Virus record (IMG/VR): IMGVR_UViG_3300005534_000007
Length of the DNA: 40,686 bases
From: a virus
Strand: one strand, 5' to 3'
Under the pieces are notes generated by a model, which was not told the origin of the DNA, did not search any database, and worked only from the letters and a program-made list of their open reading frames with translations. Shown in pieces: positions 8,132 through 15,348 of this stretch. Position numbers and translations under genes: made by a program. Numbering within the stretch: position 1 is the stretch's first letter; each line of letters begins with the position of its first letter.

Positions 8132-8398
8132 TTATCCGCGCATTATTCTGAATCTTTTTAGGCCAGGAGCATACGGTTCTTTGGAAACTCCCCAAAGTCC
8201 CCATCTGCTCTTTTTCCTATTTTCTGCTGCCAGTTTGTCTTTTTTCTTCTTATAGTCCGAGTTAATCCATTTCTCGTTGGAAAGCTTGATTTTATGTTGT
8301 TCAGCGCAAGCCCCAGAGCAATATCTCCTCGGGTGCTTCTGGTCCTCTTGAATTATAAATCGCCCATTACATCCAGGGCATAGTCTTTCTATCCCCAT
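8132..8398 (-). CDS. Zinc-ribbon protein with basic tail
   Basis: 88 aa with CPGC...YCSGAC. The segment SNEKWINSDYKKKK is paralogous to SNENWLKRDYKK in ORF 8404..8712. Confidence 0.55.
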   Translation of the reverse strand: MGIERLCPGCNGRFIIQEDQKHPRRYCSGACAEQHKIKLSNEKWINSDYKKKKDKLAAENRKKSRWGLWGVSKEPYAPGLKRFRIMRG

Positions 8399-8403
8399 GA
8401 TAT

Positions 8404-8712
8404 TTAATAAACCCTCCTAGTCGGATCGTACCTATTCGCATTGCCAAATGTCGATACTGTATGAATTTTCTGGGTATTCGATCCTAAGGTGCGTCCAAAA
8501 TTATCGTCGTCATAATTTTTAGCAACTCTATGAGTAGCAAGGGCATAGCGCAGAGCATCAACACTGTGATCATTTTCTTTGAGAGCCTGAGTCGATCTTT
8601 TGGCCGCAACTTTCTTATAATCGCGCTTTAACCAGTTCTCATTGCTTTTTTTGATATTATCCGCAGATTTTTTTGGGTCAGTAGGACCACCACATACTTT
8701 TTTAACCATCAT
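8404..8712 (-). CDS. Chimeric ORF: novel N-terminus fused to a diverged duplicate of the TerL C-terminus (possible gene remnant)
   Basis: C-terminal KENDHSVDALRYALATHRVAKNYDDDNFGRTLGS...YDPTRRVY parallels the TerL end KENDHSVDALRYAIATHRVPKYYVDDDDFGRTLGS...YEPTRRDY. Confidence 0.6.
   Translation of the reverse strand: MMVKKVCGGPTDPKKSADNIKKSNENWLKRDYKKVAAKRSTQALKENDHSVDALRYALATHRVAKNYDDDNFGRTLGSNTQKIHTVSTFGNANRYDPTRRVY
8528..8590. repeat. Conserved 63-nt core of the terL 3'-end duplication (copy 1)
   Basis: Matches 9003..9065 with 4 mismatches by hand alignment. Flanking homology is much more diverged. Confidence 0.85.
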
Positions 8713-8879
8713 TTATCTTTTGTTTTAAAGAACCTGGTAAGCAAGACAATTAGAGCACCCATTAAAAAAATGATCACATCCCCGCATAAAATAACGCATA
8801 GAAAAGTCCAGGAAATTTCTATAATATCCAGTAGTTTTAACGTCATCAAAATGAGAAAAAGAAAGCTGAAGAATCCCAT
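8709..8879 (-). CDS. Small two-TM membrane protein (56 aa, holin-like topology)
   Basis: Hand translation: MGFFSFLFLILMTLKLLDIIEISWTFLCVILCGDVIIFLMGALIVLLTRFFKTKDK. TAATG overlap with the terL stop and ATGA overlap with the next ORF. Confidence 0.45.
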   Translation of the reverse strand: MGFFSFLFLILMTLKLLDIIEISWTFLCVILCGDVIIFLMGALIVLLTRFFKTKDK

Positions 8880-10204
8880 TAATAGTCCCTCCTAGTGGGT
8901 TCATATTTATTTACGTTAGAAAAGCTAGCAGAGTCATGCGAGATTTTCTTACTTCCTAGCGTACGCCCAAAATCATCATCATCGACGTAATACTTAGGAA
9001 CCCTATGAGTAGCAATAGCATAGCGCAGAGCGTCAACACTGTGATCATTTTCTTTGAGAGGCTGATCGTATCCTTTTTTGGCAGCTTTCGGGTCCCAGAC
9101 ATAGCTTTGCACCTCGCGTATCAAGTTCTTGCATTCTGAGCAGATGAAAAGATTGCCCTTCTTCATCTCGGATGTCATGATTTGTATGCCGTTTTCCACA
9201 TCGTTATTAGCATGGACGGCGTGCAGGCCGCGCCTTTGTAGCTCTAGTTGGAACGCTGCCGCACTTGGGTCAATGTAGATATTTCTGACGGCGTAGGGTT
9301 CTAAGAATGCCTGCACATCATTTGCAAACTCGCTATTGGTCTTCTGTCGCCCCTCTTTCTTTGGATCTGGGTCCCAGTAGTATTCCTTCTCTACCCACAT
9401 ACAGCGCCCTGTTTGCGTATATTTCCCGCTTGTTACTCCTATCAGAAGACAGCAGAACGGATTAACAGTGCCGTAATCGATAGAAGCAATCCAATATTCA
9501 GCAGTAGCAGGAGGCCTATCCACCACATATAGCTTGCGATCAAAAAAGTCGAAAATGGCGCCTTCTGCCAAGCACCAAAGACCAAGATAATTTCTTTGAT
9601 AAAATAAGCCAGAAACAGAATCGCGAATACGCTGCTTATAAGACTCATCAACATAGGGGTTATCATCCAATGTAAAGTGCAGGGCGTAATAGTTCGGATC
9701 GCCAGCTTCCGCCTTATCAATCCACTGCTTGATTTTATGATCGGGGTGGCTCGGGTTCATGGACGCAAAGCCCATGGAATGCGGCGTCGATAGACGCGTA
9801 TCGATCATGTCGATAATCGACTCGGGGTAAAGCGTCATCTCGTCGCAGTAGCATAGGCTCATGGTGAGTCCCTGGAAGCTGCCGATAGCCCCCTCATCCT
9901 TGGCGCCGAGTATATTGATTACTTTGTCCTTGAAGTGCAGTTTTTTGCCAGACCAAGTGCAAAAAGGCCGATAGATCGAAAGCTCTGGCGACTCCATGAT
10001 AAGACGCACGACATTTCGATAAGCCGTGTCGAAAGTATGGCCCACGATGTATATCTTACTATCTGGACATTGCTCAGAGGCGTTTAAGAAGCGAAAGGCA
10101 TTCGCAACTGTTTTTCCAGTCCTCACAGATCCGTGGGCCAGATTCCAACGGGCTGTGCTGTTAAGGACAAATTCTAATTGCTTGGGTGAAAGGGGCTGTT
10201 CCAT
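8879..10204 (-). CDS. terL: Terminase large subunit
   Basis: 441 aa. Walker A is GSVRTGKT and Walker B is LCYCDE. Nuclease-domain acidic motifs are ASIDYG and ENDHSVDALRYA. Confidence 0.9.
   Translation of the reverse strand: MEQPLSPKQLEFVLNSTARWNLAHGSVRTGKTVANAFRFLNASEQCPDSKIYIVGHTFDTAYRNVVRLIMESPELSIYRPFCTWSGKKLHFKDKVINILGAKDEGAIGSFQGLTMSLCYCDEMTLYPESIIDMIDTRLSTPHSMGFASMNPSHPDHKIKQWIDKAEAGDPNYYALHFTLDDNPYVDESYKQRIRDSVSGLFYQRNYLGLWCLAEGAIFDFFDRKLYVVDRPPATAEYWIASIDYGTVNPFCCLLIGVTSGKYTQTGRCMWVEKEYYWDPDPKKEGRQKTNSEFANDVQAFLEPYAVRNIYIDPSAAAFQLELQRRGLHAVHANNDVENGIQIMTSEMKKGNLFICSECKNLIREVQSYVWDPKAAKKGYDQPLKENDHSVDALRYAIATHRVPKYYVDDDDFGRTLGSKKISHDSASFSNVNKYEPTRRDY
9003..9065. repeat. Conserved 63-nt core of the terL 3'-end duplication (copy 2, inside the functional terL)
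   Basis: Matches 8528..8590 with 4 mismatches. Confidence 0.85.
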
Positions 10205-10245
10205 AACCGCACTTTGTAACTTTTATTTTTTAATTGCAAAAAAAT

Positions 10246-10275
10246 TTTACAAAAATGGGTGCCCGCTCATATAAG
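10246..10275 (+). promoter_or_regulatory. Candidate sigma70-type promoter for accessory block A
   Basis: TTTACA, 18 nt, then TATAAG, in the 91-bp divergent region between terL and the first plus-strand gene. Confidence 0.3.
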
Positions 10276-10301
10276 CAAAAATTATATTACTATAGGTGGA
10301 T

Positions 10302-10685
10302 ATGATAGCGCGGCGAACCTTCTACATTTTCCTCAGCGTGATATGTTTAGCACTTCTCATAGCCTGTAGCAGGACCTACCTCCCGGACGTAACGCCCGCT
10401 TGCAGCTGTCGCACAGGCATAGCCCTACGTCACTATGCAATCAGAGATGGCGAGCTCAAGAAAATATATTCGCCCTACACAATTTTGTGCGCCAAATGTA
10501 AAGGAAATAATATGCATGTAGAGAAAGAGAAGAAAATCCACCTCATCATTGAGCTAAATCATTACGACATCGCTAGTCTGCAAGCCGGGCGCCCGATATA
10601 CCAAGACTTGCCGGAAGCAGATGGTATTTCCATGGGCATAGAAGTCTCCTACACGGGCGACGATTATTTTGGAGAGGATGAATGA
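10302..10685 (+). CDS. Putative lipoprotein, unknown function
   Basis: N-terminus MIARRTFYIFLSVICLALLIAC has a basic n-region, a hydrophobic core and the lipobox L-I-A-C. The track start is a GTG at 10296. Confidence 0.5.
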   Translation: MIARRTFYIFLSVICLALLIACSRTYLPDVTPACSCRTGIALRHYAIRDGELKKIYSPYTILCAKCKGNNMHVEKEKKIHLIIELNHYDIASLQAGRPIYQDLPEADGISMGIEVSYTGDDYFGEDE

Positions 10686-10981
10686 ACGATAAACCACAAG
10701 ACAATTTCTTCGCGCAGATACAAGATGAGGGGGTTCATCTGATAGATTCTCCAGTACATTACAGAAGGGCCCTTGGGTATCATCTTCTGCTGATTGCGGA
10801 CGCCCTTCACGATGTGGAATGGGTAGATAAGGGCCACCTCAACCCCGGTGATGACGAAGAGGCAGTCCGCATAGTCATAGAACCAGCCGATATACTCATA
10901 CAGGCGATGGAAATGTCGAAGCAAGCGGCAGAGGTCTTGCAATATGAAATGCAAAAAGCACAGGATTTTTTAAATGAATGA
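10682..10981 (+). CDS. Hypothetical protein; paralog of 11674..11964
   Basis: 99 aa. ALGYHLLLIADALHDVEWVDKGHLNPGDDEEAV parallels AFGLHLRLVAEALHGIEWVDSCDKSPGDEIEAI. Confidence 0.6.
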   Translation: MNDKPQDNFFAQIQDEGVHLIDSPVHYRRALGYHLLLIADALHDVEWVDKGHLNPGDDEEAVRIVIEPADILIQAMEMSKQAAEVLQYEMQKAQDFLNE

Positions 10982-11384
10982 AGAAGAATATGGATGGTCT
11001 ATCCGTTTTGGTGATCCTAAAAGTGGACCAAAATCACCAAGTGCTTTGCAAAAGCTAAAAAAAGCAGCGGATATGACCGGTCCGAATTCAGAAGTGTGGA
11101 TCGCGCCTAGCGCCCTTAACATGACAATCAGTGTAATTAGAAATATTTATAAAGAAGTAATACTACTCAACAAAAGGATGAGACAAATGGACAAGAAAAT
11201 GGCAAAAGTAACCAAAGAGATGAAAACAGCCGAAAAGGATATCAAAAAAGGCAAGACAAAAGAAGCTGTAAAGTCTCTCAAAGGTGCCGAAAAAAAGAAC
11301 GTTAAACTCACAGAAATCGATCGTACAAAACGCGATCCCATGATCAAAAAATGCAAAAAAGTCATGAAAAAAGGTAAAAAGTGA
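10974..11384 (+). CDS. Hypothetical protein with Lys-rich C-terminal half
   Basis: 136-aa ORF with an 8-nt overlap with the upstream ORF. Confidence 0.55.
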   Translation: MNEEEYGWSIRFGDPKSGPKSPSALQKLKKAADMTGPNSEVWIAPSALNMTISVIRNIYKEVILLNKRMRQMDKKMAKVTKEMKTAEKDIKKGKTKEAVKSLKGAEKKNVKLTEIDRTKRDPMIKKCKKVMKKGKK

Positions 11385-11578
11385 GCGAAACCGCAGTAGA
11401 AGTCACGGTCGTCCTTAAAGACTGCGAAAAAACACTCCGCCATCGAGAATTGTGCTACGACCCAATAAGCATGACTCCCGAAGATAAGCGTATCCAGGCT
11501 TTCGTAAAGAAGGCCATGGAAAGCTTCCAAGGCGAGCCAGATGATATCAGCATAAAATGTAGCATGGAGATTCAATGA
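11381..11578 (+). CDS. Hypothetical protein
   Basis: 65-aa ORF whose GTG start overlaps the upstream stop by 4 nt (GTGA). Confidence 0.5.
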   Translation: MSETAVEVTVVLKDCEKTLRHRELCYDPISMTPEDKRIQAFVKKAMESFQGEPDDISIKCSMEIQ

Positions 11579-11673
11579 CAACCCTTCATGACTCCATCTC
11601 TTTTGCTTGCGGTATTCTGGCGACGGCACTTATAATTATTATCATTTATAAAAGATTTAAGAGGTTAAAGTAG
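11575..11673 (+). CDS. 32-aa single-TM peptide
   Basis: Hand translation: MTTLHDSISFACGILATALIIIIIYKRFKRLK. ATGA overlap upstream, and its TAG abuts the next ATG. Confidence 0.35.
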   Translation: MTTLHDSISFACGILATALIIIIIYKRFKRLK

Positions 11674-11964
11674 ATGAGCGGGGGTAGCTGGGATTATTTG
11701 TATGACAAGGTCGCGGATGCGGCTATTCGTTTAGCCGGGGAAAGATGCCCACACAGAAAGGCATTTGGCCTCCATTTGAGACTCGTTGCAGAGGCTTTGC
11801 ATGGTATTGAGTGGGTGGACAGCTGTGATAAAAGCCCGGGAGATGAGATAGAGGCAATCATGAAGTGTATAACGCACGAACAAGTACTTAGTTCCGCTAT
11901 TCAAGAAGCTGAAAAAATATTGAATACACTTACAGAAACTATTTCGGAGATAAAAAAGCGATGA
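11674..11964 (+). CDS. Hypothetical protein; paralog of 10682..10981
   Basis: 96 aa sharing the HL.L.A.ALH..EWVD....PGD..EA core. Confidence 0.6.
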   Translation: MSGGSWDYLYDKVADAAIRLAGERCPHRKAFGLHLRLVAEALHGIEWVDSCDKSPGDEIEAIMKCITHEQVLSSAIQEAEKILNTLTETISEIKKR

Positions 11965-12164
11965 GCATAGATTTAACTGGATGGAACGAGTATATTGCAG
12001 ATGATATGCCCCCAGGTCCCATTCCCTGCGGAGTGGATCTGGAAATCATGCAGATAATAATTTCAGAGGCTACAAAAACAGACCCTGATGGGGTGTACCC
12101 CGGAGGATTAGTCAGAAAACCAGGATCGTTCAACCTCAAGATATTCTGGAGAGAAAAGCAGTGA
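11961..12164 (+). CDS. Hypothetical protein
   Basis: 67-aa ORF with a 4-nt overlap upstream. Confidence 0.5.
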   Translation: MSIDLTGWNEYIADDMPPGPIPCGVDLEIMQIIISEATKTDPDGVYPGGLVRKPGSFNLKIFWREKQ

Positions 12165-12424
12165 TCACGAACAAGGAAGTCATCGACAAACTACAGCAGT
12201 ACTACATGAGTTCTGACCCGGCGATAGTCGCAAGGGCCTTGGCCAATGCAGTGATAGATATGAACAGGATATACAACATTGAGTCTATCCAGGAGGGAGA
12301 ATACGAATGCCTGTTATACAGGATAGAAATGAATGCAAAATCTGTACAAAAATTTGTAGCGGATGGATGTGTAGATCCCGAACCACTGTGTCTTAATATC
12401 CTTAACAGCGATGAGGACTACTGA
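12161..12424 (+). CDS. Hypothetical protein
   Basis: 87-aa ORF whose GTG start overlaps the upstream stop by 4 nt (GTGA). Confidence 0.5.
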   Translation: MITNKEVIDKLQQYYMSSDPAIVARALANAVIDMNRIYNIESIQEGEYECLLYRIEMNAKSVQKFVADGCVDPEPLCLNILNSDEDY

Positions 12425-12543
12425 AATGATCGAATGGCTGTGCTCTCAAGAAGCCGCGAATCTTGGCAACTTCATGAAGGGTGTGGGGATAGTTGGAATA
12501 TTCGTCGTCGTCCGGCAGCACCTGAAGTTGCTCAGGAGATCGT

Positions 12544-13182
12544 ATGATAATTGACTGTGTCGCGGATCTCCATGGCCACTACCCGCAACTGGAAGGAGGG
12601 GACCTTCTCATTATTGCAGGGGATTTGACGGCGCGTGACACTATATATGAACATGCTGACTTTCTAGGTTGGATGAATACACAGCCTTACAAAAAGAAGA
12701 TTTTTATAGCCGGCAATCATGATAATAATGTCGATAAAGATTTTCATTGGGATGAATCAATAAGTTATTTATGTGACTCCGGAATAGAATTTGAAGGACT
12801 AAAGATCTGGGGATCACCCTGGACCAAGACCTTTCCTGGAATGAATCCTGATTGCAAAGCATTTACATGCGAAACGGAAGATGAACTTCTGGATAAATTC
12901 GAGAATATTCCTAAAGGCACAGATATACTAATTACTCATTCCCCTCCCTACGGAATACTTGATAAAGCCGACCATTATATAAGTGTCGGTAGCCAAGGCC
13001 TATTCAACTTCCTTAAATATGTAGAAAGGCCACGACTCCATATATTTGGGCATGTACACGAGTCTTACGGACGAGAAGAGTATTTCCCAACATATGAAAA
13101 CAAAATGATGATTTCAGTCAACGCCTCCCACGTCAATGAACGCTATCAGCCAGTCAATAAACCAATTAGGGTAATTTTATGA
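12544..13182 (+). CDS. Calcineurin-like metallophosphoesterase (MPPED/239FB-like pattern)
   Basis: Ordered motifs are DLHG, GDL, GNHD, THSPP and GHVHE, in 212 aa. Confidence 0.75.
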   Translation: MIIDCVADLHGHYPQLEGGDLLIIAGDLTARDTIYEHADFLGWMNTQPYKKKIFIAGNHDNNVDKDFHWDESISYLCDSGIEFEGLKIWGSPWTKTFPGMNPDCKAFTCETEDELLDKFENIPKGTDILITHSPPYGILDKADHYISVGSQGLFNFLKYVERPRLHIFGHVHESYGREEYFPTYENKMMISVNASHVNERYQPVNKPIRVIL

Positions 13183-13400
13183 TTCCATTCCTCCTATCCC
13201 TCCTCTTCCTCACAAATCACGGCCAGACAGTCGACATCGACGATATTATGAGCGTAGGCGGCTGCAACATGGGGGATCGATATGAAATGATTATCACAAC
13301 AAATGACGGAAAACGCTATTATCACGAAGTAAAGGACCTCTCCGAAGCAAATAATTTTTGCCTCTACATGCAGGGCCTAATCAATAGGGAGAAAAAATGA
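13179..13400 (+). CDS. Small secreted or membrane-anchored protein
   Basis: 73 aa with a hydrophobic N-terminus MIPFLLSLLFLTNHG. 4-nt overlap upstream. Confidence 0.5.
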   Translation: MIPFLLSLLFLTNHGQTVDIDDIMSVGGCNMGDRYEMIITTNDGKRYYHEVKDLSEANNFCLYMQGLINREKK

Positions 13401-13561
13401 GCAAATTCGGAAAATTCATGCGGATAACAGACACCGTAGCGTGGTGTATCGTGCTGGGGATAACCTTGAGCAATGTGGTCATGGGCAGATCGCCACTATC
13501 CATTCAAGAATCGATCGTACTATTCTGCGCAGGATGGCTAATCGGGCGCAGGAGGCCGTGA
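13397..13561 (+). CDS. 54-aa two-TM membrane peptide
   Basis: Hand translation: MSKFGKFMRITDTVAWCIVLGITLSNVVMGRSPLSIQESIVLFCAGWLIGRRRP. ATGA overlap upstream and TGATG coupling downstream. Confidence 0.4.
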   Translation: MSKFGKFMRITDTVAWCIVLGITLSNVVMGRSPLSIQESIVLFCAGWLIGRRRP

Positions 13562-13749
13562 TGAAGGAATTTATCAATAAAATCCGCTTCATAGTCTACG
13601 CGGCTGGGATATGCGCAATCGCGACGGCTGGCGTGACGGAGGCCCGCGAGTGCTACCAGTTCTACCCGCCGGATCTGGTGCCGCATCCAAATCTACCGCA
13701 GCCGAGACCTGGGCCGAATGGGGCGGCTTTTCCAGGAGTACAAAAATGA
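13561..13749 (+). CDS. 62-aa membrane-anchored protein with Pro-rich C-terminus
   Basis: MKEFINKIRFIVYAAGICAIATAGV... followed by PPDLVPHPNLPQPRPGPNG. This is the internal ATG of track ORF 13441..13749. Confidence 0.45.
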   Translation: MKEFINKIRFIVYAAGICAIATAGVTEARECYQFYPPDLVPHPNLPQPRPGPNGAAFPGVQK

Positions 13750-13952
13750 GTGAATTTGAGATCGTACTCAGAAGCCATGTAATAAGGGGAAATTCTAAAT
13801 CGGGTGCTTCCGAATTTCTAGACGAACTTACCCTTGCATTCAAAAGAAACAAGGAAAAGGGGGAACTTTGGGAGATGAACACATCGAAGGGATCACAAGT
13901 TATAAATCTCTCCCAACTGCAAATAGCCGAGGCATGGGAAAAAGATGACTAA
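13746..13952 (+). CDS. Hypothetical protein
   Basis: 68 aa from ATG 13746 (ATGA overlap). The track ORF 13611..13952 extends upstream in the same frame. Confidence 0.5.
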   Translation: MSEFEIVLRSHVIRGNSKSGASEFLDELTLAFKRNKEKGELWEMNTSKGSQVINLSQLQIAEAWEKDD

Positions 13953-14145
13953 GAAGACTGGAAAGTTAGGGCAGATATTCGACATCACGATAACTGTAAA
14001 AAACTGTTCGCGGTATAAATTTGATGCAGCTGATGTACACAGTATAATGATGGAAGCCCTCAAAGAACTAGATATCAGAATATTCAGGATCGAAAGCGTG
14101 AGATGTAGTCTTAGTTCGAGAGAAGAGAAATCACTACGGAATTAG
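13945..14145 (+). CDS. Hypothetical protein
   Basis: 66-aa ORF with an 8-nt overlap upstream. Confidence 0.5.
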   Translation: MTKKTGKLGQIFDITITVKNCSRYKFDAADVHSIMMEALKELDIRIFRIESVRCSLSSREEKSLRN

Positions 14146-14157
14146 GATGATTTTAGG

Positions 14158-14343
14158 ATGAGCGCAAAGCCGAAACTTAGCTACATAGGCATGATAAGTC
14201 AAATAATAATCGCATATCCCATTCTTACGGCGTGTTTATCGTACATAGAAGCACCATTTTGGATGAAGCTCGTAATTTACACTGTCCTGGGAGTTGAAAT
14301 CGGACGACGGGAGGGAATGCGCAATGTCCGGAGAATGCAATGA
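14158..14343 (+). CDS. Small two-TM membrane protein
   Basis: 61 aa with two hydrophobic segments and a basic C-terminus. An L-T-A-C lipobox-like tetrad lies at residues 22-25. Confidence 0.45.
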   Translation: MSAKPKLSYIGMISQIIIAYPILTACLSYIEAPFWMKLVIYTVLGVEIGRREGMRNVRRMQ

Positions 14344-14590
14344 ATGCGGGGAACATGCCCTGGAATGTGAGTGTGAAATGACTGAAATTCCGTTTGATAC
14401 ATGGGTGAATATTCCCTGTGAAGAAATCAATAAGAAAGGTTGGGCCCAGTGGGTATATCGGCCTTCGAATTATAAAGGACCACTCGTCATAGATGGATGC
14501 TTTAGAAAAGAAATATCCGATATACCAGGTACCCCCATCATCTTAACGAGAGAGGAGGCCGAGATTATGAGGCCAAAAAGATATGACTGA
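14324..14590 (+). CDS. Cys-rich small protein
   Basis: 88 aa from ATG 14324, with GGGAGGG 8 nt upstream. N-terminus is MSGECNECGEHALECECE. It shares the motif YRPSNYKGP with the next ORF. Confidence 0.5.
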   Translation: MSGECNECGEHALECECEMTEIPFDTWVNIPCEEINKKGWAQWVYRPSNYKGPLVIDGCFRKEISDIPGTPIILTREEAEIMRPKRYD

Positions 14591-14945
14591 AAAAACATTT
14601 ATTTACCGACCTCCCGATTATGAGGGGCCAATTGCTCAACAAGAGTATCAATCGAAAGACGATGAATTCCGATTTAGCAAGACTATTGTTCCAGTCAAGC
14701 TTGCCCAATATGGCAACGAAAATCTCGTCTCACGATCACAAGCAAAGCGACTATTGGTGGGGGTAGAGCTTTTTCAGGTCGTTATTTTGGATTTTGATGG
14801 AGTCAAGACTATCGGACAGTCATTTTCAGACGAGGTTTTTCGCGTTTTTACTAGCTCACGGCCGGGAATAAAAATTCATTATATCAATGCGAATCCAGAG
14901 ATTGAACGTATGATAGATAGGGCGAAAAGAAATGTCATCGAATAA
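14583..14945 (+). CDS. STAS-like domain protein (DUF4325-like)
   Basis: 120 aa. The pattern SRSQAKRLL...VILDFDGVKTIGQSFSDEVFRVF...IKIHYINANPEIERMIDRA matches my memory of the DUF4325 family. Confidence 0.5.
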   Translation: MTEKTFIYRPPDYEGPIAQQEYQSKDDEFRFSKTIVPVKLAQYGNENLVSRSQAKRLLVGVELFQVVILDFDGVKTIGQSFSDEVFRVFTSSRPGIKIHYINANPEIERMIDRAKRNVIE

Positions 14946-15039
14946 AGTAGATCCTACTAAGTACTCAACACTTAAAAGACTCTCAATATCGACTATACAG
15001 ACGGATTAAGCGTATATTTGTGAAACGGAAAATGGTACC

Positions 15040-15348
15040 ATGCGTAAGAAAATAACTAGCATCTCCTCCCCCTGGCACCCAGAATCGGAAAATGCGGATT
15101 CTCATTCTTTATGGAAAGATTACTTCAAAGAAAATCCAACAAAAGAAGGTTACTATCTAGTTGAAGTAATGGAAGAGAATGGAGCACATACTTGGTTTGA
15201 AGTGCAAAGATTTGAAAATCAAGATGAGTATGAAACAAGGTTTTCTAAAGAATTTAATCAAAATGTACGGATTTTAACTAAATCTGGACATAAAGGATTC
15301 AAAGAAAGAGGATGTTTTGTTTTGAGGTGGATGGAAATACCCAAATGA
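15040..15348 (+). CDS. Hypothetical protein; tandem paralog sharing the PWHPESE block
   Basis: 102-aa ORF. An identical 23-nt block occurs at 15070..15092 and 15372..15394. Confidence 0.55.
   Translation: MRKKITSISSPWHPESENADSHSLWKDYFKENPTKEGYYLVEVMEENGAHTWFEVQRFENQDEYETRFSKEFNQNVRILTKSGHKGFKERGCFVLRWMEIPK
15070..15092. repeat. 23-nt exact direct repeat (copy 1) encoding PWHPESE
   Basis: ccctggcacccagaatcggaaaa recurs at 15372..15394 in the adjacent gene. Confidence 0.9.

Noticed and set aside
11147-11629. 160-aa minus-strand ORF
   Set aside because: It is antisense to two coupled plus-strand genes. It is the Phe/Leu-rich mirror of a Lys-rich coding region.
13441-13952. Long versions of the overlapping ORFs in the GC-rich stretch (13441.., 13611.., and minus-strand 13504..13686 and 13589..13882)
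   Set aside because: A simpler reading is a chain of short genes joined by ATGA and TGATG junctions (13397-13561, 13561-13749, 13746-13952). The minus-strand frames are composition artefacts.
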